Part shown: positions 27,934 through 37,639 of the stretch, piece after piece | How positions within the stretch are numbered: the first letter of the stretch is position 1 | Layout: each line of letters begins with the position of its first letter | IMG/VR virus record: IMGVR_UViG_3300044643_000906 | Coordinates: 1 to 61,753 of that record | Length of the DNA stretch: 61,753 bases | Direction: 5' to 3' (one strand) | Source: a virus | Lineage: Duplodnaviria > Caudoviricetes | The notes under the pieces: generated by a model | Told to the model about the DNA's origin: nothing | Seen by the model: only the letters and a program-made list of their open reading frames with translations | The model's database searches: none | Translations under genes and position numbers: made by a program

Positions 27934-28745
27934 CAGCCCCCCGCTTCGCAGTCAGCTACTGGGATGGAGAAGATAATCTCGGTCGCAGCTGGAGGGGAGC
28001 CAAGGTAATAGACGATGTCGCCGCCAAAGTTTAGCTGTCCTTTAGTCAGCGTACCGCTGTTAGCGACCTCGACCCGCTCAAAAGGGATAGAGGCGTCTGA
28101 GCGGCTGTCCACCCATGCGTCTAGCCGGGCGGTAGTGATCCGCAACTCGCGGGAGTCCAGCGTTATGCCGGTCACCACTTCGATCTTCTCGGTGGGCTTG
28201 ACGCGAAGCACCCACTCCCGATCAATGAAGTCGCCCTCTTCGGTGAATCGGGCCAAGTCCCAATCGGACTTAACCTTGATGCTGCCGCCGACGATTCGAT
28301 CCGTATCGAGAATCGCCACCCCTGAGCGAGACGCGAGAACGGAGATCATGCCATTGCGAATCTCGATGTACCGTCCTGCTACATACTGCCCGTCACCATA
28401 CCCAGACACCGGCTGTTGATGAGGCTCGCTAGGACGTGGGTTCTGGGGTTCCTCCCACGGCTCGGGCTCAGGAAAAATCTCCTCTTCGGGCGTGTTGCTC
28501 TTTGGCCCACGACGCTCGCCCTCCGAACTACGGAAGTCGAAGTTAGGGAACTGATACTTGCGTAGCTCGGGCGACACTAGCCGCAGGTTAGGCGACGTGT
28601 AGTCGAGAGTGGTTGGCCCACGCCAGCGTCGAGGCGTGGCGCAGTGGAGTATGGCAGCTGTGGCGGCGTTCGCGGCAAGCGGGTTAACGCCACCCTGCAC
28701 AAGTGCCTGCTCAAATACGCCTGCCCTGCGGTCGGGTATCGACAT
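27933..28745 (-). CDS. Hypothetical tail-associated protein
   Basis: 270 aa with a beta-rich C-terminus, between the nozzle-like and Cys-rich genes. Confidence 0.6.
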   Translation of the reverse strand: MSIPDRRAGVFEQALVQGGVNPLAANAATAAILHCATPRRWRGPTTLDYTSPNLRLVSPELRKYQFPNFDFRSSEGERRGPKSNTPEEEIFPEPEPWEEPQNPRPSEPHQQPVSGYGDGQYVAGRYIEIRNGMISVLASRSGVAILDTDRIVGGSIKVKSDWDLARFTEEGDFIDREWVLRVKPTEKIEVVTGITLDSRELRITTARLDAWVDSRSDASIPFERVEVANSGTLTKGQLNFGGDIVYYLGSPPAATEIIFSIPVADCEAGG

Positions 28746-28747
28746 GC

Positions 28748-31177
28748 TTACCCCCTCGGGCTCGGGACACCGTAGATGTCCAGCTGGTGAATCGCCACCG
28801 GGCCGGAGTCCCCAGCAGCACCGGAGAGTTCCAGAGCGACGTGACGGTCGTTACCCCGGAGGTCATCGATGGTCTTACCGGCGAACAGGGCGCGGCACAC
28901 GCCAGAGGAGATGTTCTCGTGGAGCGTCCCGGCGTCCATGTCAACCCGGGTCACAGGCTCAGTGGTGTCGTGTATGAACCCCGTGCCGCGGTCGCGTTCT
29001 ACGATGTTGACCCTCGGGTGCGGGCTGTTGTTGTAGTACATCCTGAGCTTCAGGAGGCTCTCGCCCTGAGTGGGCGTGAAGAGCACAGAGATGTTTCGAG
29101 CACCTCCATCCGGCAGGCCGTCGGTTGCCATTGAGTCGCTCGGGTACTCAAGGTTCCCGGTCTTGAAGAGGTACGGTATCGGGAGAAAGTCGTCGGATAT
29201 GAAGTACTCTGCCACGGCGGGGGTGCCGTTCTCCGGTGGCTCGATCACCAGCTGCCCGCTTGAGTATCCGTAGCCGGGGATGCGGACGTAGATGCCGAGC
29301 AGCTGCCCGTCTGCGGTGATTGCACTCTCCAGCACCGCCCCACACCCACCGGGTGCAGTGACCTTGGGAGGCTTGGTGTACCCGCTGCCGTAATTCTGTA
29401 TTGCAACACTTGCTATCCCGCCGTCCGACTTGTCCACATTTCCGGTGTTCAGCTGATAAGCCTTACCGGACGACGAGCCGTAGACGACACGACGCTGTCC
29501 GTTAGGCAGTACTACGGCAGCTGCTCCCACGAGCGGGGCAGGGTATCGCTCTTCCCACCATGCCGATGTCTGGAACGAGTAGACCAGCATCCGCGTTGGG
29601 TAGTCTCCGGGGCCGTCACCGATGAATCGCACAGAGCACCGCAGGAGGTACTCGGCAGGATCGGCCACAACGCTAAACCACTTCGACTTCGTGAAGTCGA
29701 TCCGGCTCGTGAACAAGTCTGCCACCCCGTCGGTGATCGACTTGATCTGCCCGCCGTAGTCCATCGTGTAGACGCCCTGAGCGTCCATGGAATACAGCAT
29801 GCCGTCGATCTCGTCCCAGCATCTCTGGTTGAGACAGCCGCGGTAACCGCCGACCGATACGTTCACGTCGATCAAAGGCTGTGCGACATAGGTGACGCGA
29901 TAGAAGTGCCGACTCTGAAACACGCCGAGCGTGCCGCCGTAGGGGACAAGGGCGGTGATCGAGTCTGCACCCTTGACGTTCGTCTGGATCAGCAGTTCGT
30001 TGATGTCTGGCATCGACTCCGGCTCGTCTACCTCGGAGTACTGAAGCGCGTTCGGACGCATGCCGGATGGATCGACAGCACACCACAGCCGGTCTTGGAA
30101 CGTGACGGCTACGGCGAAGTCGCTGGGAGGAATGCCGAATCGGTTGGCGTTGAGTTCACCGTTCGGCAGGATCACGGGCAGTCCTAGATACCCCGGTCGG
30201 TTGTAGTCGCGAAGCTCTTCGTCAGTGAGCGTGTCTTCGTCAGTCTCCCCGCTTACTCGGTAGAGCGTGAAGGACTGATTGGAAGTTGTGCGCCACCGTT
30301 CCAGCGTCAGGCCCTTGGCCTTGGCGGCAGCGGCTGCGGCCGAGTACCCAGACCACAGCAGCTTCTCTGCTCCATCTCCAGCGTCCAGTACGCAGACAGG
30401 AGAGAGATTTGAAACGCGAGGCCCACCCCGCGACTCAGGCGTGTCGTCAACGTATCGGTAGTAGCACTCATACTGACCGCGAACGTGGCAGCGTGCGATA
30501 GCCACTGCCGTGGCCCCGCCTTGAATGGGCGTGACTGTGGGAGGAGATGCGTAGCCGCTGCCCGGCTCGACAACAGATACGGCCGTGACCTTGCCACCAG
30601 CCACTGTCGCCTTAGCGGTCATTCCAGAGCCAGTGGTCGATGATACCGACAGCTTAGGCGGCGTCAGGTACTGCACCCCGGGGTTCACGATTGTGATGCT
30701 CTTGACCGGCACGGGAACTATCGCGGCAGGGCCACGCTCCGGCGGCGTGGCTGGCTGATCCTCCAGTACCGCCTCTAGCTCTAGCCCCTTGGCGTGCGAT
30801 TCAGAGAGATGCACGGCGGGCGTCTCGGCATACCCCTTGCCGTAGTCGCTCATGCGAATCTCGTCCAGCTGACCGTCTCGCAGGAACGCACGAGCCTTGG
30901 CCGGTCGCTCGCATGCACCGACGATGTCTACCGTGGGCGGCGTGTGATAGAGGTAGCCGAACTCGACAACGTCGATGCGCGGTATGTAGTACTTCTTCGC
31001 GCCCTGAGCCGTCACGACGGGGGCAGCGGTCGGGGCGTCCAGACCAGCTGGCACGATATCGCCAGTGCGTAGGTCAATCCGGTCGGGCCTGCCTTTGCCG
31101 TGATAGACGTATGCATACCCGTGAGGGCCGAGAGCTACCGTGGCTGGTGTGTTGGCTGGAACCGGCATGAGGATCAC
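28748..31177 (-). CDS. Tail nozzle/tubular protein B-like, with GxGYxxxP repeat insertions
   Basis: Propeller-type segments (FQDRLW, YSEVDEPE, ITALVPYG, GCLNQRCW) and several (N/D)xGxGYxxPP repeats. Follows the adaptor gene. Alternative ATG at 31168. Confidence 0.7.
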   Translation of the reverse strand: MILMPVPANTPATVALGPHGYAYVYHGKGRPDRIDLRTGDIVPAGLDAPTAAPVVTAQGAKKYYIPRIDVVEFGYLYHTPPTVDIVGACERPAKARAFLRDGQLDEIRMSDYGKGYAETPAVHLSESHAKGLELEAVLEDQPATPPERGPAAIVPVPVKSITIVNPGVQYLTPPKLSVSSTTGSGMTAKATVAGGKVTAVSVVEPGSGYASPPTVTPIQGGATAVAIARCHVRGQYECYYRYVDDTPESRGGPRVSNLSPVCVLDAGDGAEKLLWSGYSAAAAAAKAKGLTLERWRTTSNQSFTLYRVSGETDEDTLTDEELRDYNRPGYLGLPVILPNGELNANRFGIPPSDFAVAVTFQDRLWCAVDPSGMRPNALQYSEVDEPESMPDINELLIQTNVKGADSITALVPYGGTLGVFQSRHFYRVTYVAQPLIDVNVSVGGYRGCLNQRCWDEIDGMLYSMDAQGVYTMDYGGQIKSITDGVADLFTSRIDFTKSKWFSVVADPAEYLLRCSVRFIGDGPGDYPTRMLVYSFQTSAWWEERYPAPLVGAAAVVLPNGQRRVVYGSSSGKAYQLNTGNVDKSDGGIASVAIQNYGSGYTKPPKVTAPGGCGAVLESAITADGQLLGIYVRIPGYGYSSGQLVIEPPENGTPAVAEYFISDDFLPIPYLFKTGNLEYPSDSMATDGLPDGGARNISVLFTPTQGESLLKLRMYYNNSPHPRVNIVERDRGTGFIHDTTEPVTRVDMDAGTLHENISSGVCRALFAGKTIDDLRGNDRHVALELSGAAGDSGPVAIHQLDIYGVPSPRG

Positions 31178-31201
31178 CCCTCGGAGTAGATGGGGACGAC
31201 G

Positions 31202-31495
31202 CTAGACCTGCTCGTCGCCAGAGACAGACTGCGTCACGGTGACCTTCCCCGTCTCATCGATCATCACAAGCTTGTCGCCCTTGCCGACACCACCCGGTGC
31301 AGGGAACAGCTGCGTAACCACGCCGGTCGGAGTCCCCTTGCCCTCGTCAAAAGTGACAAGGGCCGAGCCGCCACGCGATGTCAGCTGCCCCGGGAGCGAA
31401 CAGGTGATGTTGACCTGCTGCACTGCACCGCCGGGCGGAACGGCGTAGCTGCTGGCATACGTCAGTAGACCGCCGAATCGGGCGATACGCAGCAT
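31202..31495 (-). CDS. N-terminal nozzle-like module encoded as a separate ORF
   Basis: F.GL.T......PPG.....N......G.L..RGG, recalled as typical of podovirus nozzle N-termini. In frame with 28748..31177 and separated from it by one TAG. Confidence 0.6.
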   Translation of the reverse strand: MLRIARFGGLLTYASSYAVPPGGAVQQVNITCSLPGQLTSRGGSALVTFDEGKGTPTGVVTQLFPAPGGVGKGDKLVMIDETGKVTVTQSVSGDEQV

Positions 31496-31497
31496 GA

Positions 31498-32454
31498 TCA
31501 GGTGCCCCCGTCAGGCCCCATCGAATAGCCGCTGCCCGCATACGGAGCACTCGGGGTATCCGGGTTGGCGTTGTACGGAGCACGACGGCCAGACATGGGG
31601 GCGATAACGTCCTGCTCCATCGCCAGCTTGATATCCCGCTGGTACATGGTCGCAGCACCATCGACGTTCTTGCCCATCAGCCGTGCCAGCCAAAGCTCAC
31701 TGCCCGTGAGGACGGCGGTGAACATGTTTGGGGACACGTCGAGGTGATCCGAGATCACATACCGACAGTCGGTGTACACACCCGCCAGCGGAAGCTCCAG
31801 CGTCAGGGCATCGCCCTCGGTGCGAGACTCGATCTTCGACTGCTCGGCGTATGGGTACATGCCCGACAGGGGCTCGGGGTAGTTGCCCGGGGTGCCGATG
31901 CGGAAGATGGCACCGGCACATCGCAGCGGGAAGTTAGTGTTCTTGCCTGTCACCGCAGTACCGGCGACAGTGGCATAGCCGGTGCGGCACTGTGTTTCGT
32001 ACCCCATCAGCGTCAGCGGCTTCGGGCGACGGCGGTAGGTATATCGCAGCGTCGTCCCGGCCTTGGCCTGACCGGCGATGCGAATCTCCCAGCGGTCAAA
32101 CGTCTTCGGGTCTTGAGACTTCAAGACAGTCCAGTAGACGGGCTCGCCCAGAGTCAGGCTGCTCTGCTCCAGCTTCATCCACTCAGCTGGCGAGATGTAG
32201 GACGTGATCGTTGTGTTGTCGGGGCTGACGAGAGCGTCTACGTTGCTGCAATCTTCAGGCAGCAGGTAGGTGTTCTGCCCATCGACAGTGACGATGGTCG
32301 ATTCGGTGACGTACCACAGCCAATCCTTGGCGTTCGATACGTCACGATAGGAGTGATGCACGGCTGCCCGGAGAGCGCGATGCTCCTGATCCTGAGCGCC
32401 GCCGCCCGTGGACTGCATCAAATAGTCAATGGCGTCATGCGCTGTGTAGTACAA
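31498..32454 (-). CDS. Head-tail adaptor / tail tubular protein A-like
   Basis: DW.W......TVDGQNTY.LP.D, GEP.YW, YRRRP. TTG start with AAGGAG. Confidence 0.72.
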   Translation of the reverse strand: MYYTAHDAIDYLMQSTGGGAQDQEHRALRAAVHHSYRDVSNAKDWLWYVTESTIVTVDGQNTYLLPEDCSNVDALVSPDNTTITSYISPAEWMKLEQSSLTLGEPVYWTVLKSQDPKTFDRWEIRIAGQAKAGTTLRYTYRRRPKPLTLMGYETQCRTGYATVAGTAVTGKNTNFPLRCAGAIFRIGTPGNYPEPLSGMYPYAEQSKIESRTEGDALTLELPLAGVYTDCRYVISDHLDVSPNMFTAVLTGSELWLARLMGKNVDGAATMYQRDIKLAMEQDVIAPMSGRRAPYNANPDTPSAPYAGSGYSMGPDGGT

Positions 32455-32476
32455 GAGAATCTCCTTGATGAGAGTA

Positions 32477-32490
32477 TATACGGGCGTTCA
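32477..32490. promoter_or_regulatory. Palindromic operator-like box (TGAAC-GCCC-GTATA on the - strand) overlapping TATACT
   Basis: 13 of 14 positions match the box at 5312. Directly upstream of the adaptor RBS. Confidence 0.5.
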
Positions 32491-32511
32491 GTCTCAAGCC
32501 AGTTTTGCCAC

Positions 32512-32775
32512 TTAGTTAGCGAGTGCATCCCGGTACGCATCACACTCGGCTTTGACTGCCGCCAGTGCCGCGTCCTGCTCGGCAGCGAGAGCAGCCTCAT
32601 CGACTCTGAGTTGATCCATCTCTGCCTGAACTTGCGCTTGCTTGTCCTGTGCGGCTTTGTCCTGTGCCTGCAACTCGGCCTGCATCTCGGCCTGCCGCTT
32701 GGCCTGTTCGGCTGCGGCCATGTCGATGACAGGTTCGGCTACGGTTTCGGTCACTACTTCGTTTTCAGTTGTCAT
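32512..32775 (-). CDS. Small coiled-coil protein
   Basis: A/Q/E-rich, RBS AAGGA. Confidence 0.6.
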   Translation of the reverse strand: MTTENEVVTETVAEPVIDMAAAEQAKRQAEMQAELQAQDKAAQDKQAQVQAEMDQLRVDEAALAAEQDAALAAVKAECDAYRDALAN

Positions 32776-32783
32776 GGTTGTCC

Positions 32784-34853
32784 TTAGTTCAGCACTACCC
32801 AAGTATCAGTGCCGGTCTTTATGAGCGTTACTCTGGAGATGGGGGTGGGGAGGGTTAACGAAGCCCCAGCACCACCGGCCAACGCGGGAGTCCCGCCGGT
32901 CAACGAGGCGTTCCAGTTAAGGGTGACTCCTGCAACCGCCGAGATGACGGTTGCTGATGTTGCCGATAGATCAAGAATCTCCAAGCGACTCCCGATGGCA
33001 AAAGCCGCGCTTGCGTTCAGCGGTATGAAAATCGTGACGGTTGCCGCACCAGTTGAGACATTGGCAATGGTGGCACTGCGGGCGGCAAGAGTTAAAGTGT
33101 AAGAGCTTGTCACAGCGACGTATGGGCGATCACCGATCAGCTTGCCGCTGACAGTCAGGTCACCGCCCAACTGGGAAGGTGCTGGCCCATCCGACCGGAA
33201 TGCAAAGTCCCCAACTCTCGGAACAGACGGGTTATTGTCAGTGCCGCGAGTCCTTGCAAGCACTGCGGTGTAGCTGCCTGATGAGACTGTGGCGTTTGCC
33301 TGTATGAGGCTTTCTCCATTACCACCAAAGGCAGAAGGTGCGGTGGCAGTAAGCGCGGTTGTATTTGTGAATCCTTCAAGGAAGATGCTAGGCGTCTTGA
33401 CATGGAAGCCAGTGAGAGGGGTCACGCCCACACCCAGCTTGGCATTCACAATCAGGTCGCCGGTCATCGTGTCGCCAGTGATGTTCACGTAGCGATTGTC
33501 CGCGTCCGCTTGGGTCATGCCGCCGCCGGGAGCCGTGCCGGTCAGGTCTGAGTAGTTCAGCACTGAGTTCACAAAAGCAGTGCCGTTCCAGCGGAGGACT
33601 TGCCCTGCGGCGGGAGTGGTGACCGTAACGTCAGACAGGTCATCCGCCTTAAGGGTGGGCACTCCATTGATGGCCGAAGCCGGAATGGACTTGGCAGCAA
33701 AGTTATGGGCGGTGCCAGCACTGGTGATGTTGCCAACTACCTCTAGGGTAGACCGCAGCTTGGTTGCTCCACCGACCTCTAGCAGGACTGACGGGGTTGA
33801 CCAACCAATGCCCACGTTGGACTTGAAGTACGAATCGGCATCACCCTGAAACTGGACAGCGTATGACCCGTCAGCCTTCGGAACATCAACGTACAGACCA
33901 ATGTTGCGGGTGCCGCCTCTTACGGTTGTTGCAAAGCCGTAATTCTGCGTAGCGGTGGCGGTTACACTGGCACTGACCCCGATCCCAGTGCTGACCGTGC
34001 CCGTAACCTCACCGCGAACCCCAGTAACTCCACCGCTTGTGGCAGACGTTCCAGCCGCAGCACCGAGAAGGCTAAGCCCTGTCTTCCCGTCACCGTTGCC
34101 GTTTGAGCGAAACGTGGCCGCAGCACCGCCGGAAGCAATGGTGCCTGCGACCGGGCCAGACTGAACCGTTAGGCCAACGGCGGCAGTGACCGAACCAGAG
34201 GCATCGACGCTGAAGTTCTTTGCGGAACAAACAAATGCGTCCGCACCAATGCTGGCAGTAGTGCCGGTGGCAGCGAGGTTCGTTAGAGCAAAAAAACTGT
34301 TTGACTGCCCTGTCTTGGCACCTGCAAGCGAGAGATCCATCGACCCGTCGAAAAAACCGTCCTGTGTCTCGGCACTGAGGGCGAAGACTTGTATCTGAGC
34401 CGTAGTCCTGTCCACTGCGCCGCTTGCAGGCTTGGTCTGCCAGCGGAGAAAACCCATGCCGGAGTTGGCGTTGACAGGGGTTGGGGCGGCAATGGTGCCA
34501 GACTTGCGGCGCAGATAAAAGCCGGGCGTACCACCAACGCTGTAGGTTTCGACGAAGCAATCAAGCGTTGATTCGCGCACGACCTGAAGCATCGTGCTGG
34601 AGTCGATCGCGGTTGGAGGTGCCGGTGTAGCGGCCCCAGTGACCAGACCCAGTGCCCCCGTCATTTTGTCGCCAGCCAAGTTGACATAGATCGCATCTAG
34701 GTCTGGCTGAGAGACAAGGAGTTTCCCGTCTGTGCCTAGCTTGGCAAGGTTCTTGGCATCGGCACTGACTACGGTCGGGCCTTCTGCCCCATCGGCTCCC
34801 TGAAGGGGTAGCCACTTGGTGCCGTCGAAGATGTGTGGTTTTGGATCAGCCAT
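32784..34853 (-). CDS. Tail fibre / receptor-binding protein (689 aa)
   Basis: Two YVNxxGDxMTG motifs, DDLSDV...AGQVLRWNGT.F, T/A/G/S-rich, C-terminal K.GTDTWV. Confidence 0.8.
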   Translation of the reverse strand: MADPKPHIFDGTKWLPLQGADGAEGPTVVSADAKNLAKLGTDGKLLVSQPDLDAIYVNLAGDKMTGALGLVTGAATPAPPTAIDSSTMLQVVRESTLDCFVETYSVGGTPGFYLRRKSGTIAAPTPVNANSGMGFLRWQTKPASGAVDRTTAQIQVFALSAETQDGFFDGSMDLSLAGAKTGQSNSFFALTNLAATGTTASIGADAFVCSAKNFSVDASGSVTAAVGLTVQSGPVAGTIASGGAAATFRSNGNGDGKTGLSLLGAAAGTSATSGGVTGVRGEVTGTVSTGIGVSASVTATATQNYGFATTVRGGTRNIGLYVDVPKADGSYAVQFQGDADSYFKSNVGIGWSTPSVLLEVGGATKLRSTLEVVGNITSAGTAHNFAAKSIPASAINGVPTLKADDLSDVTVTTPAAGQVLRWNGTAFVNSVLNYSDLTGTAPGGGMTQADADNRYVNITGDTMTGDLIVNAKLGVGVTPLTGFHVKTPSIFLEGFTNTTALTATAPSAFGGNGESLIQANATVSSGSYTAVLARTRGTDNNPSVPRVGDFAFRSDGPAPSQLGGDLTVSGKLIGDRPYVAVTSSYTLTLAARSATIANVSTGAATVTIFIPLNASAAFAIGSRLEILDLSATSATVISAVAGVTLNWNASLTGGTPALAGGAGASLTLPTPISRVTLIKTGTDTWVVLN

Positions 34854-34913
34854 TGGATTGCCCTAGTGTTCTGGGCCGGGAGGCGAGATTGCCATCCCGG
34901 CAGTGACCCCTAC

Positions 34914-35519
34914 TTAGACCTGAAACCAGATAGCACCCTTCGCGGCACCCGTAGGTTCAGCGGCCTGCGGGCCATAGACTTCCTGCGACACGCCATCGGC
35001 ACCGTCCGCACCAGCCTCACCCTTCTCGCCGGGATCGCCCTTCGCACCATCGGCACCGGCAACACCGTCATCGCCGTCCGCACCAGCGGGGCCTTGCGGG
35101 CCAACCGGGCCACGCACGGGGCCGACGTTGATCCACGCCGCCGAATCCCACACGATCCCGTCGCCGGGCTGGGCAGGGCCGCTCGCGCTGGCGGGAGTGC
35201 CAACCGGAACCGGATCACCAGCAAGCCACATATCACCAACATCGGGAGCAGCATCAGGCGGGTAGGTAGTGGCAGTGCCCTTGATGGTCACGCCGCTGCC
35301 CGAGTCGCCCTTGTCACCCTTCTCACCGGCAGGGCCTTGCTCGCCCGGATCGCCCTTCGGGCCAGCCTCACCAGCGGCACCGTCCGCACCGGCAGGGCCA
35401 GCGGGGCCGACCTCGCCCTGCGCGCCGTCAGCACCGGGCTGACCATCCGCACCAGCCGTACCAGCGGGGCCACGCAGAGAAATCCACTCAACGCCATTAA
35501 AGCAAAGGACATCAGCCAT
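34914..35519 (-). CDS. Collagen-like fibre protein
   Basis: Two long Gly-X-Y tracts. Confidence 0.85.
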   Translation of the reverse strand: MADVLCFNGVEWISLRGPAGTAGADGQPGADGAQGEVGPAGPAGADGAAGEAGPKGDPGEQGPAGEKGDKGDSGSGVTIKGTATTYPPDAAPDVGDMWLAGDPVPVGTPASASGPAQPGDGIVWDSAAWINVGPVRGPVGPQGPAGADGDDGVAGADGAKGDPGEKGEAGADGADGVSQEVYGPQAAEPTGAAKGAIWFQV

Positions 35520-35532
35520 GTTCAGGTTCCTT

Positions 35533-35775
35533 TCAAGTTAAGTCATCAAGAGTTCGGTAGGTCTTCAGTTGGTCGAGAGTTCGATAAACCTTCTTCGCTT
35601 CTTCGTTAATCCAGTGGTCACCCACGCTGGCAGTGGTGGGCATGGTGGTCTGAACGAAGACGTTGATTGATTTGCCCGGCTCGCCCTGTGGGCCTTGAGG
35701 GCCAACACTGCCGCCGCCACCCGATGAAATCGGTTGCCAGCCCGTGCCGTCGAAGTAGTAGAGGTTGTTTGCCAT
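35533..35775 (-). CDS. Short collagen-containing fibre linker protein
   Basis: YYFDGTGW, GPQGPQGEPG, PTTASVGDHW. Confidence 0.75.
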   Translation of the reverse strand: MANNLYYFDGTGWQPISSGGGGSVGPQGPQGEPGKSINVFVQTTMPTTASVGDHWINEEAKKVYRTLDQLKTYRTLDDLT

Positions 35776-37466
35776 TACGCAACCTTTGCTTTGAGTTCTG
35801 CAATGTCAGCCTGCGCTTGCGTGAGTGCCGCCCGCAATGCCGTCAACTCGTCCACTAGGGTCAACTCATCAGCCACGAACTTTGGAGCGAAGTTGCCGTC
35901 AACGTAGTCCTTGCGGGTCAGGTGGCTGGCTGCCGTAGGGGCCGCAGCGGTGGACTCCACGTTCGCGGAAATAGACACAACGCCAGAGGCATTGGTTACG
36001 GTCGGGCCACCTGAGCCAAACCGAATGGCTGTACCGGTTGCCCGCACCTCAAGCAGCACCACCGCAGCGACACTGGTAGTGGTCACAAGCAGCAAGTTGG
36101 AGTTGTTGTTGCGGAAAGCAACGCCACCGCTGGAGCCAAAGATGTTGTAGGTCGTGGCCCAAGTCATCGTGTTGACTGCGGTGGGGGCCACGATGGTGCC
36201 CGTCATAGTCCCGCCGGTAGTCTTCAGGAATGCCGTGCTTCCTGAGACAGCCCCATCAACGTACTTCTTGTTTGTGAGGTCGTTGTCTACGGCTGGGGTG
36301 AAGGGTGTCTGTGGGTTCGCACCGAGGAACTGCACAACAGCCGTGTCTGGAGCAGCAACAAAAGCCTGCTTGCCACCCGGCATATACAGACGGTAATAGG
36401 AACCGTCGTAGTATGTATAAACGTCGGTCCCGTTGAACCCAGCGGGGGCGGCGTTTGGCGCATACCGCAGGGGGCCGTTCATGACATCCCCTGCCTTGTT
36501 GACATAGTTGCCAGCAAGGGAAGCCGTGCAAACTCCATTGGCATCAATTGCCAAGCCAGTGCCAATCTTGATGCCACCCAGAATTGCAGCACTGGCCTTA
36601 GGCAAAACATAGTCACTACCAGCACTTGCACTGATGGTGCCGTCAGCCGTGACCGTGATTCCACTACCAATCTTCACGCCACCAAGCACAGTGGCAGTGG
36701 CAATAGCGGTAGGGCCAGCGGGTCCGACTTCACCCTGCGGACCAGCGGGGCCAGTGACAGAATCACCCTTGGGGCCAGCAACCCCGGGCTCGCCCTGAAT
36801 GCCTTGAATGCCTTGGGGGCCAGCAACACCCTGTGGGCCTTGCACTGGGCCAGAGTCTTGCCATGCAGCCTTGGTATCATCCCAAACAAATCCCCTAGCT
36901 GGCTCGGGGGTCGAGACAACATAGAGGTCGCCCTGAGTGGCAGAAGCTGGAAGGTCGCCTTGGGTAGCGACCGTGCCTGCATACCTGATCCCAAGACCCG
37001 GTTGACCTTGAATACCTTGAGGACCCTGAATGCCTTCTGGGCCTTGAATGCCCTGCTCGCCCTGAGGGCCAGCTTCACCAGCCACGCCGGGATCACCCTG
37101 CGGACCAGCGGGACCAGCTACACCGGCTTCGCCATTCACACCGGGCAACCCTTGCGGAATCTTGAACGACAGGGACGCCTTGTTCTCGTTGCCGATATTG
37201 ATCACTTCGGCTGGCAGCCCACCTTCAATCGTGATCGTTTCGGCTACTTCGATTGTGGCAGCAAGGCCCGGTTCACCTTGGGGGCCGGGTTCACCTTCAC
37301 CCGGCGAACCCGGAGGGGCAGTGCCGTTCGGCTGAATCCACAAGTCACCCACAGCCGCCACGCCGGTCGGCTCGGTGTCGGAGACGATGTGTGCGGAGTC
37401 GGAGCCGCCGCCACCTGTGGAGATGGGGAGCCAAGCCGTGCCCGACCAGTAGTACATCGCAGCCAT
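35775..37466 (-). CDS. Collagen-like tail fibre protein (563 aa)
   Basis: Gly-X-Y tracts, two LGG(V/I)KIG.G repeats, two LT.K.YVD motifs, C-terminal coiled coil. Confidence 0.85.
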   Translation of the reverse strand: MAAMYYWSGTAWLPISTGGGGSDSAHIVSDTEPTGVAAVGDLWIQPNGTAPPGSPGEGEPGPQGEPGLAATIEVAETITIEGGLPAEVINIGNENKASLSFKIPQGLPGVNGEAGVAGPAGPQGDPGVAGEAGPQGEQGIQGPEGIQGPQGIQGQPGLGIRYAGTVATQGDLPASATQGDLYVVSTPEPARGFVWDDTKAAWQDSGPVQGPQGVAGPQGIQGIQGEPGVAGPKGDSVTGPAGPQGEVGPAGPTAIATATVLGGVKIGSGITVTADGTISASAGSDYVLPKASAAILGGIKIGTGLAIDANGVCTASLAGNYVNKAGDVMNGPLRYAPNAAPAGFNGTDVYTYYDGSYYRLYMPGGKQAFVAAPDTAVVQFLGANPQTPFTPAVDNDLTNKKYVDGAVSGSTAFLKTTGGTMTGTIVAPTAVNTMTWATTYNIFGSSGGVAFRNNNSNLLLVTTTSVAAVVLLEVRATGTAIRFGSGGPTVTNASGVVSISANVESTAAAPTAASHLTRKDYVDGNFAPKFVADELTLVDELTALRAALTQAQADIAELKAKVA

Positions 37467-37639
37467 TACTTCTTGTCCTTGTCGTCAGGGTGTTGCCGGG
37501 CGTGTTCGTCTAGCCATTTCTCAAGGGCGCGTTGCTCTGCCGCCATGAACCAATCGCAGGCGAGTGCGAACAGGTAGCACACCAGCACGAAGCCGAGCGT
37601 GGCTGCACCCGCACCGACGATGTGGAAGTTAAGGTGCAT
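37466..37639 (-). CDS. Small single-TM protein (57 aa, MHLNFHIVGAG...DDKDKK)
   Basis: Manual translation. TGATG and TAATG overlaps on both sides. Hydrophobic N-terminal half and charged tail. Confidence 0.6.
   Translation of the reverse strand: MHLNFHIVGAGAATLGFVLVCYLFALACDWFMAAEQRALEKWLDEHARQHPDDKDKK

Noticed and set aside
31202-31204. Genome-wide amber (TAG) recoding
   Set aside because: TAG ends several genes cleanly right before the next start (e.g. portal at 40810 and the ORF ending 42946), and core genes are intact under the standard code.
34914-37300. 9-bp periodic GC-rich repeats
   Set aside because: Explained by Gly-X-Y collagen coding.
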